Shown: in pieces, positions 11,028 through 22,468 of the stretch | How positions within the stretch are numbered: position 1 is the first letter of the stretch | How the letters are laid out: each line of letters starts with the position of its first letter | Assembly (NCBI GenBank): GCA_000004985.1 | Contig: GG738909.1 | From: Naegleria gruberi | Lineage: Eukaryota | DNA: 64,000 nt | Reading direction: 5' to 3' (one strand) | Notes under the pieces: model-generated | What the model saw: the letters and a program-made list of their open reading frames with translations, nothing else | The model's database searches: none | Told to the model about the DNA's origin: nothing | Translations under genes and position numbers: made by a program

Positions 11028-13293
11028 TTAATATTTAACCTTCTTATTTGGAGGTGCTAATTGGTTATTTCTTTGAGGAGGATCATGGTGATGCCTATTG
11101 TCACGATGATAATTATTGGAATGACCTGAACCAGTTGAGCCATGATGTGAGCTACTAGAGTGGTGATGTGATGATTGGTGATGGTGGTGACTATTATGAT
11201 GTGAGCTACCATTATGGTGAGAGGAGCTAGTGTTCGAATGATGACTGCTATGGTGTGACGATTGATGATGGTGAGAGGGATTATAGGAATGTCTGTTACC
11301 ATTACTACTACCAAATGGTGGATGAGAGGATGATGTAGATGAAACACCATAGCTCTGATTAATATTGTGTGGCAACTGTTGGACACTGGTAGAACCTGGT
11401 AATTGATGTGAAGGTGCATTTGGTTTGTTATCACCCTTCTTTCTTGTAAGGAATTCATTAGTAGCTGTTGAAGGAAGATTTTTGAGTTTGATATTGGTTG
11501 TGGAACCCTTTTCCCAGAACCAGTCGTGATTTAAGCATTCATTGGTTGTTAATCGTTTGGCAGGATTAAGCACAAGAAGCTTATCAAGTAAATCTAAAAC
11601 CTTCTTTGAGCATGATTTCAAGTTTGCAAATCTTTCCAAGAGTCTTCTCTTCTTTGATTCTTTTGGTTTAAGAGCATTCCAATGAGCAAGATTTTCAACC
11701 TCAGCCCATTCTTCCGTTGAAGGAGTACCACACCATTCAAATATCTTTTCAAGCTGATTCACATCATCTGAACCAGGAAAGAGTGCTTTTGGTTCCTTTT
11801 CACCAGCAAAAGGTAAAAGCATTTCACCAAGAATACATCCCACTGACCACATATCAACAGCATAATCATAAGTTGTTGCTCCTAACAGTAATTCAGGTGG
11901 ACGATACCAACGAGTTACAACTCTATTAGTATATTCTTGTTTGTTTTTCTGTGCAATTCTTGATAAACCACTAACAAGTGTCATTGGTCATTGTTTAAAT
12001 GGTAAGGTGTTGAGCGGCAGGAAATAGGAGAGTATGATTTAAAAAAAATAATTGTTGGTTGAAATGGTTCAAACAATATGGATTTGATATTGTTATAATT
12101 AAAAATTGAAATTCAAACTTACAAATCGGCAAGCTTCAAAGTACCATCCTTCTTGATGAGAACATTTGATGCCTTTAAATCTCTGTGCATAATATCTCGA
12201 GAATGGCAGCAATGAAGAGCATTTAGGAGTTGATACATGATAGAACGAAGTTCGTCTTCATCGAATCTGTGTCCTTTAGCATTCAATCCTGCCAAATCAT
12301 GATCCACGTATTCAAAAACCAGGAAGAAGGTACCTTTTGAATTCCACGTAACATCAAGCAATTTTACAATGTTTTTATGTTCAATTTCCTTCAAAATTCT
12401 AATTTCACGAATGGATGTGATTGGAAAACCTTCCTTCTCTCTTTGTGGATCAATTCTAATCTTTTTAATAGCTACCAAACTGTTATCACGCTTATCAACA
12501 GCTTTGAATACTTCACCATAAGTGCCTTCTCCTACTTTACCTTCACTATTGTAGTAGGTATCAATACTAATGTTATTATAAAGTTAGATGATGATGATAA
12601 AACAGATTGAACAGAAAAACGTTAGCGAACATGTTGAGACAAAAAGAACACTTACTCTTTTTCAATATGTTGAAACCTTTCAGCGAGTGGATTTCTAGGA
12701 GGATTTGGTCTAGTAAAGTTATTGTTGTTAGGTTTAATAGTTGTAGTATTATTATTATTATTTTGTACACGTGTTGTTGTATTATCGGTTGGATGAGGCT
12801 TTTGAGTACCATTTAAAACTACTGGAGGAGGTGGAGGATGAGAAGATGAATCCTTTGTTGTTGTAGTTGTTGTTGTTGGTGGAGGAGGTCTTCTTTCTCC
12901 ATTCTGAGTAGATGATGATGTATTATTTGATGATGATGATGTACTATTGTGATGAGTGGTACTATTATTGCTTCTGTGGTGATGATACGAAGAGTTACTA
13001 CTGCTGCTAGCGTTAGAATTACTGCTAGAAGAATGATGTTTACTAGAGTGATAGTTATTTGTAGAATTACCACCTGATGATGTAGATCCATTTGCAGAGG
13101 AGTTATAGTTATTATAATTACTTCTTCCACCACTGTGTCGTCTCTCTCGGTTATCTACATCGTCTCGAGACCTTCTATCATTATAGTCACCATGATAATT
13201 TCTTCTGGAGTGATTGCTCTCCTTATTGTTGTGATCATCAAAAGTGCTTCTGCCTCTATCCTCTTCCATTTGCAATGATTTGTTATTGTTCAT
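11028..13293 (-). CDS. Cyclin-dependent kinase of the transcriptional CDK9/11/12 class, with an RS/low-complexity N-terminus and a His-rich C-terminal tail. Exons: 12656..13293, 12123..12566 and 11028..11970.
   Basis: Exon 1 (ATG at 13293, MNNNKSLQMEEDRG...) ends ...IEK GA|GTAAGT. Exon 2 begins after an AG at about 12567 (DIDTYYNSEGKVGEGTYGEVFKAVDK...PITSIREIRILKEIEHKNIV...HRDLKASNVLIKKDGTLKLAD(F)). Its donor is TT|GTAAGT at 12122, and a 152-bp intron ends in TTAG at 11971. Joining the exons reconstitutes the DFG motif (ADFGLSR), followed by VTRWYRPPELLLG...DMWSVGCILGEM. The total of 2025 nt is in frame. The 12656 boundary is +/-1 because of a T-run discrepancy. Confidence 0.85.
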
Positions 13294-14659
13294 TTTCTTC
13301 TTTTCCGTCAACAAAAACTGGGTGATAATTTTTGGAGGAAAAAACAGAGGGATGGTTGGGATATTTTTTAAGGCTCTTGTCGCCACGCGTTTTACAATAA
13401 ATGAACGTCTAATTTTAGAGCGGTTTTTATCAAAGGCTGGAAAAAAATACTCAACAACAATTGTGATTCTCGGAATGGTTTAAATAATACATCATCAGGA
13501 AGGTGAAACATCATATTCCCAACAATGATAATGGCACTTTCAATTCCCTTTCATTTAAATGGTTGTTGGTTCTCCTAAAGATGGTTTCCTGGAAAATGTT
13601 TGTAACGAGTGCAATGATATCCACGAAAGATAATAAGTGAGTTGTGACTTATTTCGAACGATGTAATTTATGAAATTTTATCATTTCATCATGATGATTT
13701 TAAATTTATTGTAATGAATTGTGCATTGGTTTCAAAACAGTGGTTCAATGCTATCAACATGTCATCTTTCCGTTAAATGTAAAGGCGAAGGAATAACTGG
13801 TCCATATTACAAAATATTATAATGTGTAACATTTACATGATTGCAAAATTGATTTGTAGTATGGAAATGTGAAAATTTTTATAGAGAAGAGAAATTTGGA
13901 GGATTATTTTGATGGAAAGTGCTTGTTCTTATTCTCAAAGATATGTTACATTACAATCCAGACAAAAGGCCATCTTGTAATCCAAGACATATTAAAAAGT
14001 GTATTTTATTAAGGATATATTCATGGATTGACTACATTATCTCACCAATACTATTTTGAATGATTCATTCAAGAGCTCTATAACAAAACGCTGGGCTATT
14101 TTATCTGAAAAGTTGTGCTTAACCGAAACCAGAAAAGCCCTAATATATTTCAAAGGTTCAAGACACTGAATTGTATCCCATCTGTTTTGGATGTGAAGCA
14201 TCTTCTCTGAAAAGGAAGAAACGTCTTGTCTAATATTATTATCCATTTAAATATTTTGATGAAAGTCTAATTTACTCTGAATTAAGTTCAGTTTATAGAT
14301 TCATTTCTGTATTCAGTCCATTTACTATGGCAGCAATTTTGATTTGAAATTTTAAGGGTTTTCCCAATTCTGTTGAAAACAACCTATCCGTTCTAGTAAT
14401 TTTGATGGGAGAATTACCATGCAATAAGATATTGTTCAATAAATTCATATATTAAAAATTCATCAATTATTAATTTCAAATCAAAACAAAATTCAACCGA
14501 AACAAACAATATTTTATTGAATCACCCAATCAAATAGATAACACAAGCAAAATAAATAATTTTGACCGATTTGCCCACATCAAAAGCGAATATTTTTTAT
14601 TCAATCAAAACGATAACCGCAGACTTTGTAATTTTGCTGAAAAAAAATTCTCAACAACA

Positions 14660-14947
14660 ATGTCTTCATTCAACAAACTCGCTAGAGTCTTCGTCTCCAA
14701 TCTCACTTACACTGCTAAATGGCAAGCTGTTAAGACTCACTTCTCTCAATCTGGTAACGTTACCTTCGTCAAACTCATTGTTGACCAAGCTACTCAAAAG
14801 CCAAAGGGTATGGGTGTTGTTACTTTCGAAAAGCCAGAAGAAGCCGAACACGCCATCAAGACTTTGAACGGAAGCGACTTCGAAGGTAGACAAATCAAAG
14901 TTAGAGAATATGTAGAAAGAGCTCCAAGAACTGAAGAATCACAATAA
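14660..14947 (+). CDS. Small RNA-recognition-motif (RRM) RNA-binding protein, 95 aa
   Basis: ATG at 14660 in an A-rich context. The RNP-like segments VFVSNL and KGMGVVTF are present. Strong C-ending codon bias suggests high expression. Confidence 0.65.
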   Translation: MSSFNKLARVFVSNLTYTAKWQAVKTHFSQSGNVTFVKLIVDQATQKPKGMGVVTFEKPEEAEHAIKTLNGSDFEGRQIKVREYVERAPRTEESQ

Positions 14948-15057
14948 TTAAATTTATAAAATATTAAACTAGGCTCTGTTCATCTTTTTGAATTTGAAAA
15001 TAAATTAATAGACTTTTTTTGATGAATAATATCATTAATAATAATGAAGTAATTTAT

Positions 15058-17499
15058 TTAGCTCCAAACTTCTTTCAAATATCTGCCTTCTGATTGCCAT
15101 TGTTGAACAACTTTCTTTGCTTCTTCTGATGAATAACCACATTCTTCTTCTATAATTTGATGAAGTACTCTGTTAACTTGTGTAGCCATACCTTGAGCAT
15201 CACCACAAACATATAAACAACCCTTCTTCATAATCATAATTTCAGCAATGTTAGATGAATATTCTTTGAGATAATCTTGAACATAGCTGCCTCCATACCA
15301 AACACCTCCTCCAGAGTTTGCTTCTCTACTACAAGCAACAAGTAAATTCAAGTTTACAAAACTTTCAGTTTCAAAATCTCTCAAATCATCACGATATAAA
15401 AAGTCTGATCTAATACTTCTACATCCAAAGAAGAGCCAGTTAGTACCATCAGATTGCTTCTTATCAAGTTGACATTCACGATGTTGCAAGAAAGATCTGA
15501 ATGGAACAACACCAGTACCTGGACCAATCATGATAATTGGAGTATTCAATGATTTTGGAAGTTTGAATGATGGAGATGGTTTGATAAATACTGGAATGTT
15601 GACTTGTTCTTCACTAGACCAGAACTTCTTTGCCTTATTTTGTAACCAGTGAGTACAACATCCAACACGAGTTGTACGGTGTGGAGGTGGAGTTTCGAAT
15701 TTTACAACACTGAAAGCAATATGTACTTCATCAGGGTGTTTGATTGGAGAGGATGAAATTGAGTAGAAACGTGGTTGAAGAGGTGACATTTCTTGTAACA
15801 AGTGATTCAATGGTGGTTTACATGATGGATACCAGCACAAAATGTCATATAGATTAGCTCTTTGCTTTACAATCTGGGTATTATACATATTGGTATCAAA
15901 AGTCAATTTTAACAATGCTGACTTTTCCAAAAAGTTGGTACAGTATTTGGCTAACATTTGGAGCATTGGAATAGTAACAGGTGACATGATATCTACGCGC
16001 TTAGTAAAGATTGTTCTCAATCTAATAGCTTCATCTTCACCAGCCAAGAAATGATTTGGGAATAAACACTTCTTTGATTCATCAATGCACTTGATAGAAA
16101 TCAAGTCATTTTCTCTGAGAGGTTCACTTTGAATTCCCTTCTTTCCATTTGGAACTTCATAGTGTTTCAATGAGCCAATTTCTTTCAACTTTTCCAAGAG
16201 AGCATCAACTTGGTCTTGGTCGTTTTCACAGAAAACACCCAATGAATCACCTGGCTCATATTTGAATGTGGCATCATCACTGATTGGAGCAGAGTTGATA
16301 TCAAATTCCAAGTGGAGAACTTGCTTAGAGGATTCAGTTGTGGTAAGGTAACGAGCACCATGAACGGCTGCAGAGAAAACACTAGGACATTCTGGAGCTT
16401 TCTTTTCGTTTGATTCTTCGTTTGACTCCTCGTCACAAACAGCTTCACAACAGTCTCCATACATACTCTTCAATCTATTGTTGTAATAGGTCATGTTATC
16501 AACTGGTTTGAACTTGTTATCGTTTTCTAAACGAATGATGGTCAAGTATTGATTAGCTGATGATTGAGAAGCAGAAACAAGTGAAGATAGAGCATCTAAT
16601 TGTTGTAATCCCCCAGCAGCAGAAAGCTTTCTAATTGGGGTGACATCCGTTGGCTCAGTATTTCCATTGTGTGAAGATGAAGTAATGGAGGAGCGGCCAG
16701 CACCACTCATATGATTATTATTTGGTAAATTGGATTCTTGCTTTTCTGATACAGGAGAAGGAAGGGTGGTTGGAATTGTAGGATTAACAGGGGTTGGATT
16801 GGATGGTTGAGGGATCCCTTGAGGGATACTTTGAGCACTAGATGGCTCAGAAACAGGTGGTTCAGCAATAGGATTTGCAACAGGAATATTTTCAACAACA
16901 GTAGATGTTGTTTGAGGAGTAGCGAGTGAAGCATAAATCTTTCTTAATGATTGGAATGTTTGTGCAATGAAAGGCTCTACAGCAACTTCTAAACCTACAA
17001 CTTCATCAGCTTCACCTCTATTTGAAAATCTATCAGCTCCCAATTCAGTTAATCTCTTATCAATATTTCTTGCAGCATTACAAAACATATCATAATTACT
17101 ATCACCTAAACCAAGAATAGTGTAGGAGAGATTAGAGAAAAAGTTTGCTGGTGTTGATTTTAACTTGATGAAACGATAAAAGTTATCACCATTTTGTGGG
17201 ACATCACCATTTCCTGTTGTTGAACAAATAATGATCATATTAGCTTTAGAATCCAAAATATGACCATTGGTTGTAGTTGTAGTGTTATCCATAGCTTGCA
17301 AATTATTTGAACTTGGTGATTGTTTTAAAGTTTTAGCACGATCACGAAGCTTAAAATTGACTGAAAATTCGTTTAAAGAGAGGAGTTGGGTATCTTTGGC
17401 AAATTGTTGGTCCACACATTCCTTGAAAATACGGGTTGCAATTGCTTTAGAATTACCAGTCTCCGATCCATAACAAATCAACAAGGGTTGAGATGCCAT
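15058..17499 (-). CDS. Diflavin NADPH oxidoreductase, most like methionine synthase reductase (MTRR); CPR family
   Basis: 813-aa uninterrupted ORF from ATG 17499..17497. The flavodoxin-like start is LICYGSETGNS. The segments TTGNGDVPQNGDNFY and YTILGLGDSNYDMFCNAARNIDKRLTELGADRF closely match MTRR. A long S/T/P-rich inter-domain linker is MTRR-like. The FAD/NADPH domain ends YVCGDAQGMA...GRYLKEVWS, the CPR/MTRR C-terminal signature. Confidence 0.85.
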   Translation of the reverse strand: MASQPLLICYGSETGNSKAIATRIFKECVDQQFAKDTQLLSLNEFSVNFKLRDRAKTLKQSPSSNNLQAMDNTTTTTNGHILDSKANMIIICSTTGNGDVPQNGDNFYRFIKLKSTPANFFSNLSYTILGLGDSNYDMFCNAARNIDKRLTELGADRFSNRGEADEVVGLEVAVEPFIAQTFQSLRKIYASLATPQTTSTVVENIPVANPIAEPPVSEPSSAQSIPQGIPQPSNPTPVNPTIPTTLPSPVSEKQESNLPNNNHMSGAGRSSITSSSHNGNTEPTDVTPIRKLSAAGGLQQLDALSSLVSASQSSANQYLTIIRLENDNKFKPVDNMTYYNNRLKSMYGDCCEAVCDEESNEESNEKKAPECPSVFSAAVHGARYLTTTESSKQVLHLEFDINSAPISDDATFKYEPGDSLGVFCENDQDQVDALLEKLKEIGSLKHYEVPNGKKGIQSEPLRENDLISIKCIDESKKCLFPNHFLAGEDEAIRLRTIFTKRVDIMSPVTIPMLQMLAKYCTNFLEKSALLKLTFDTNMYNTQIVKQRANLYDILCWYPSCKPPLNHLLQEMSPLQPRFYSISSSPIKHPDEVHIAFSVVKFETPPPHRTTRVGCCTHWLQNKAKKFWSSEEQVNIPVFIKPSPSFKLPKSLNTPIIMIGPGTGVVPFRSFLQHRECQLDKKQSDGTNWLFFGCRSIRSDFLYRDDLRDFETESFVNLNLLVACSREANSGGGVWYGGSYVQDYLKEYSSNIAEIMIMKKGCLYVCGDAQGMATQVNRVLHQIIEEECGYSSEEAKKVVQQWQSEGRYLKEVWS

Positions 17500-18358
17500 T
17501 ATTATTATAGTTGATATTTAGATTTTGAAAAAATCCTCTATGATGATGATGCTATTATGAGAGTCAAAATGATGACGTCTTCTTTAGATCGTTTGTTGTT
17601 GTCTTGATGAAAAGGCTAAAAGGCTTTCTTCTATTTTTGCTTTTTTTTCGTACAGTTCGGCATTTAAATTCGCTTTGATACGCATCAAAGATTTCTTGAA
17701 CAATGGACAGCGAAGTGGATTAAAGAATCCATTTACAATTCGCTTGTTACCTGAGAAATTTGAATTGTGTACGTGGCTGTCAACTGTTTACATAATATTT
17801 CAAAAAGAAGTTGTCTGGGTTATGAAGTTTCATTGAGAAGAATAACATGTTGGTCAAACTGCAATAAGTAAAAACAACAAAGATGCTCCATTCTCTCTCA
17901 CTACTAAAAAGGTTGAATATCCAGTTTAAGTTTCCCTCCTTTTGCTCTTAAATTTCATTTAACCTCAAGTTGTAAGGTATGATGGAATACAATAACAGAA
18001 TGCAAATGGATGGCAGTTCAGAATGAATCAGATTCATGCTGATTTTCGTTACAAGTCATTCGACTATTTACTGGAAACAATGATTCTGCAAAATCAATTA
18101 TGTTTGGGTTATTCATTGTATTGTCTCCATCTTCGTAATTTTACAAACTATTGCTTTAGTTCATTGATAGAACTAATATGTTATTAGTAATTGAGAAAGT
18201 CTCAAGACAAGAACTCATACATAAAGAATATTGATTCATAGCAATTATTAAGTATTTAATAAGGCAATTTTTACAAAAATGATATCTACAATTTTTTATT
18301 GGCTTAGTTTTTCTGTTGTAAGGGAAAAGTTAATGGTCAATTAATATTGATCAAAATC

Positions 18359-19050
18359 TCAATTACTTACTTGGATTGGCAAGAAAAGTCTGAACTCATC
18401 TGGAAGATCAGATTCTGAATACAGTCTGTCGGAGAAGTAAATTCTTCTAATTCTACAGTTGGCATGGATTTGAACTCTTAATGTCTCTATATAATTTGTT
18501 CCGTAAGCTCTTCTCGTAAAGTCGGCAAGATTGAACTGAATTTGATTCCAACCTTCATCCAAACGCATTGGCATTGTACAAATAAATGGTTTCACTCTTG
18601 TTGTACTCTGATAGTTCGATGCTCTAAATCTTCTTTTAATATTTTTATCATCCAAAACTTGAACTTCGAAAGTAAAATACTTTTTCAACTAATTATTGTT
18701 GATGTATCCTTATTCATCATCCGATTCTTACTTACATTTTTAATAACCATGACAAGGAAAGGTAATTTGATTCCTAGAGTTTTCTTTGCGCTGGCTGGGC
18801 AAGTAATATATGTTGTGCTAACATTTGTCCCGATAAGTTCAAGAACAGAGGATTGAATATCTTGATCGGTAATACGTTTAATGTGTCCATTCTTTACCTG
18901 TTTGTCCCAAATTTGTAAGGGTTTACTTCTACTCAGGTAAAACAAGAACAATTTGTTGTTGTATTAAAATCATCACCCATTTGCAATTAATACATACCCT
19001 ATTGAATACAATATAGAGAGAAATCCACTTTGAAATGTATTTTTGAACAT
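18359..19050 (-). CDS. CFAP20: CFAP20 / Bug22 (DUF667) orthologue, 191 aa. Exons: 18998..19050, 18736..18928 and 18359..18688.
   Basis: Exon 1 (ATG 19050..19048) encodes [19 protein letters not shown] with a GTATGT donor. A 69-bp intron ends in gagtAG. Exon 2 encodes [21 protein letters not shown]...[11 protein letters not shown] with a GTAAGT donor. A 47-bp intron ends in TAG. Exon 3 encodes [54 protein letters not shown]...[27 protein letters not shown]. The protein is near-identical over its length to metazoan/algal CFAP20 as recalled. The total of 576 nt is in frame. Confidence 0.9.
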
Positions 19051-20032
19051 TTTTTTCTATTTTGTTTTTCCCTCAGTAACGAAAATACAGTAGATTTTAG
19101 TTGTAATTTAAAATTTGGCGGGAAGTCAAAAAGAAACGTTAACCACCACAAAATTTACGAAAACCATTGAGTGAAGTCTTACGCTAGAAAATTTACAAAT
19201 AATTGTAAATATTCATTACTCTCTTAATACTTGAGAAGTTTAATTTTAAATATTTCACTTGATTGTGTGTAGGTATTCACACCACTACTTTTCATCTAAA
19301 TGGTGCTTAGTAAATCATCTTCTCTTTCAATGTTGTTTACCTGCTCTAACTGACAAATTCAAAGAAGAGACCAATTGAATTTGGTTTAACCACGACCTCC
19401 ACTAAAACTCCAGATTACACTGCGAATAATCTTTTGAATTCAATTGATTTCTATTACAAAATAAGTGAGAGATGATAATAAAACATTCAAATTTATAATT
19501 TAAATGATTTCAAATTGTTTGAATCGAAATTGTTTCCAACAAACATCCTTGTGTAAATTTCAATATTACCTTCCTTCAATTTGAGAGTGATATTTCTCCA
19601 AGAGTTTAAATTATTAGAGTTGCTTTTCCTTGATGTAGACTTCTGCAAATTTCTCGATAATTCTTTCTTTTGCTAACATGAATTCAGCAGCTTTGGCTGT
19701 TAAAGTTTCCGATTCCTTTCTCTTTCTATATTCATCTATTTAATTATCATCAATTATTTAATTATTTAATAAATATTATCATGCAAATGAACATTTACCA
19801 TCCAATCCAATAAATAAATTATTATTTAATAATCATCACAAGAATTAAAACACGTACAAAATCCAGTTTTTACCATGAAAACTTCCATTGAAAATCCGAC
19901 ACCAAAAAAGAATGGAACAATATACATGACATCATTCATTATTGATTTCTTTCCGATTTGTGCTTTTTGCAAGACAAAACTAACCAAATGAAGTGGCTTT
20001 GCAGAGTAATAAATAATCTTTTCAAGCATTTT

Positions 20033-21331
20033 TTATAATTTTTGTTTTTTGTTTGGTGATTCATAGGCAGAAGAGGATGCTTCACCTTGATTGGAATTCG
20101 AATTGAGCATGTGATGGAAGGGACATACTCTATTTGAGGAATTTGAATGATGAGTACTCGATGTGCTAATGTTGGAAGATGATGGCTCTGAATTTGCATG
20201 TTCACTACTAAGGGAAGGAGATTCGAAAGTGGCTATGATACAGTCCGTAAGGATAGTGGTTTTGGAAGTACAATGTTTGAGATTGGATTTGAGGAAAGAG
20301 TTTGATTTCCTTCTCGCAAGGTAAAATAAATAATCAAAATTTGAAAGATAATGAGAAATTTCAGTAAAACCTTTTTCAGTCAAAATATTAATTGGTGATT
20401 TTCCAAGCTTTTTGAAATTCCAATAAATATTAAAATATTAAAAACAAACCTTATTTACATAATCTTTTTGAATTCCAGCTTTCAATAATAATTTAACCAT
20501 TTCCAAATTCCCTTTTTTACACGCCTTATGAAGTGCTGTTTCTCCAGACTTTCCAAGTTAGTATCTATGAATTTAAATGGAATACATACCACATCAATTA
20601 AATTTACATTTGCATTCTTTGAGATTAAATACTTTACAATTTCAAGTTTTCCTCCATTTACAGCAAATTGCAAAGCAGAACAATTATACTATTACATGTA
20701 AGAAATAAGTGATCATCAAAATGCATACTTACTCCAAATCTGTCAATTGTGTCGACATTGAAAAACTTCACTTCCACTAATTCTTTCATCTTTTCAAGAT
20801 TTCCGTTTATGGCAGAATCAAAAAAATAGCAAATGTCACCTTGTGGTTGATCAGTATTTCTGTGATCCATTATAATATTTGCATTTGGAAGAGCATTTAC
20901 AGGTGGCCTTTCTTGAATTCCTTTAAGTAGAGATTCATAATTCTTTGGTATTCTTAATGTCCCTTTTGAAAACAATGATTTTGGCTTGTTGTTGGAAGGA
21001 TCAGTAGTGGATGCATGCATTGATGTTACAGATGAAGATGTGGTTGTTGTAGTTGTGTGATGAAAAGGACACTTATTAACTTGCTTCTCTTCCAACACAG
21101 TATTGAAGGATTATCAGAGGCAGCATGGTCATCACTGTTGGAGTTTTGGGATTCTCTGTTAATATTATTGGATACTGGCATCATGGAAGATGCATGCGGG
21201 CAGTATTGAGAGGATTCTCCCCCCACTGCACTCAACTCGCTTACATGAGAGTTTTCCTCCTGTTGTTGTTGCTGATGAAATGGACAAACAGAGAGAGCCT
21301 TCTTCTGTTCTTCCTCTGATGGTTTTTGCAT
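20033..21331 (-). CDS. Ankyrin-repeat protein carrying three CPFH(H/Q) motifs, 371 aa. Exons: 21136..21331, 20733..21088, 20590..20688, 20459..20548 and 20033..20407.
   Basis: Exons 2-5 are joined by 44-, 41- and 51-bp GT-AG introns. The donors are GTAAGT, GTATGT and GTAAAT; one intron contains TACTAAC. Joining restores canonical ANK repeats (...ALQFAVNGGKLEIVKYLISKNANVNLIDV | SGETALHKACKKGNLEMVKLLLKAGIQKDY | LGKSPINILTEKGF...). The exon 1/2 junction (a 47-bp intron, GTGATG...GGAAG) is the only frame-restoring option but is weak. The total of 1116 nt is in frame. Confidence 0.65.
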
Positions 21332-21484
21332 GTTTAAATTGAATAAAAATTAGTCGCACTATTCTCTACTAACAAAGCTATAACAAAACAAATATTCGAA
21401 TATTCAAAATTTTGGGAGAGAGATAATAATGACGTATGGTATTTTTTTTTGTTTTGAAATAAGCGAGGAGTTATTCAGTTAATC

Positions 21485-21524
21485 GAGGACAAAACAGAAT
21501 AACTGAATTCACTGTTTTGTCCTC
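21485..21524. other. Perfect 13-bp inverted repeat (GAGGACAAAACAG / CTGTTTTGTCCTC) with a 14-nt loop, in the intergenic region between two minus-strand genes
   Basis: Seen directly in the sequence; a T9 run lies about 40 bp upstream. Confidence 0.3.
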
Positions 21525-21580
21525 CATTTACTACGAAGGTTGTGATTTGTGAAGGAAAGAATGTGTTTGTTCTAGAGACC

Positions 21581-22468
21581 TTAAACAAAAAGTGGCGATT
21601 TATAGTCATGTATTTGAAGTAAATCTCTCTCGTGGGAGTTTTGAGAGGCGTTCAGTTTGCTTTTAAATGCTTTAACATTGCTTTGGAATGACGATGGAGA
21701 TTTACAAAAAATGTTTGGAGAACTGAGACTTGATTCAAAGACTGGTTTCAGTTTTGTTCTGTTTGGACTAAGTGTTTCAACCTTAACTGCAGATGGTCTC
21801 TTTTTACAATGTGCAGGAGGAGAATTAACTCTAAAGTCAAGGAAGGAAGCAGAGTAGGACTTGGCAAATTGTGGTCTTGGTGGTGTTGATGGGGAAGATG
21901 GAATTGAATTGCTATTGGTAACTGTTATGGAATAATGACTTGTTGTTTCAGCATGGTCAATGGAATTAAAATCCACAGAGTGAATTTGGAAAGGTGAAGA
22001 AGGCATTGAAATGGATTTTGGTGTTTTACATTCTGTAATGTTGTTTTTAGCCTCTGCAGCCAAGCTTGATGATCGTCTTCTTTTAAGATTATCATAATTA
22101 TCAAATGAAGCCAAAAGAGAAAGTGGAATTCTGGTTCCTTTTTTCAACATTTCTTTTCTATGCGAAAGATCAGGACCACAGTTATCTTTAGAGTTGATTT
22201 CAAAATGCTTTGGTGGAGAGGATTGTATGAAAGTGTCATTCTTATGGTGGTAGGAAGAAGTATTTGGTGAGGTGGGGCTCATTAAACCTCCATGAATGGC
22301 ATTAAGGCGCTTATGATGTGATCTAGGGGTTGTTACTGGTGAAGAACAAGTTGAAGAGGTATTGGAATCAACTTGTGGTAATTCATCATTCTTCCATAGA
22401 GAATGAAATCTTGGAGGACTAGTCGATCCGATGATCTCTGCTTGGAAATATAATGTCGATTGATCCAT
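21581..22468 (-). CDS. Hypothetical S/T/P-rich protein, 295 aa
   Basis: ORF from ATG 22468..22466 ending at 21581; low-complexity composition and no recognised domain. Confidence 0.4.
   Translation of the reverse strand: MDQSTLYFQAEIIGSTSPPRFHSLWKNDELPQVDSNTSSTCSSPVTTPRSHHKRLNAIHGGLMSPTSPNTSSYHHKNDTFIQSSPPKHFEINSKDNCGPDLSHRKEMLKKGTRIPLSLLASFDNYDNLKRRRSSSLAAEAKNNITECKTPKSISMPSSPFQIHSVDFNSIDHAETTSHYSITVTNSNSIPSSPSTPPRPQFAKSYSASFLDFRVNSPPAHCKKRPSAVKVETLSPNRTKLKPVFESSLSSPNIFCKSPSSFQSNVKAFKSKLNASQNSHERDLLQIHDYKSPLFV

Noticed and set aside
12596-12662. Mismatch between the supplied ORF-track frames and my reading of the sequence text (3 A's versus 4 at about 12597-12601; 6 T's versus 5 at about 12655-12662)
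   Set aside because: This is most likely a transcription issue on my side, not biology. The track frames were followed (the CDK total is 2025 nt, in frame), so nearby splice coordinates carry +/-1 uncertainty.
11057-13133. Long ORFs on the strand opposite or out of frame to the CDK gene (11057..11458, 11717..11929, 12819..13133, 13092..13325), rich in I/H/T/L runs
   Set aside because: They are shadow ORFs produced by the low-complexity His/Ser/Asn/Thr coding repeats of the kinase gene and have no independent start or motif.
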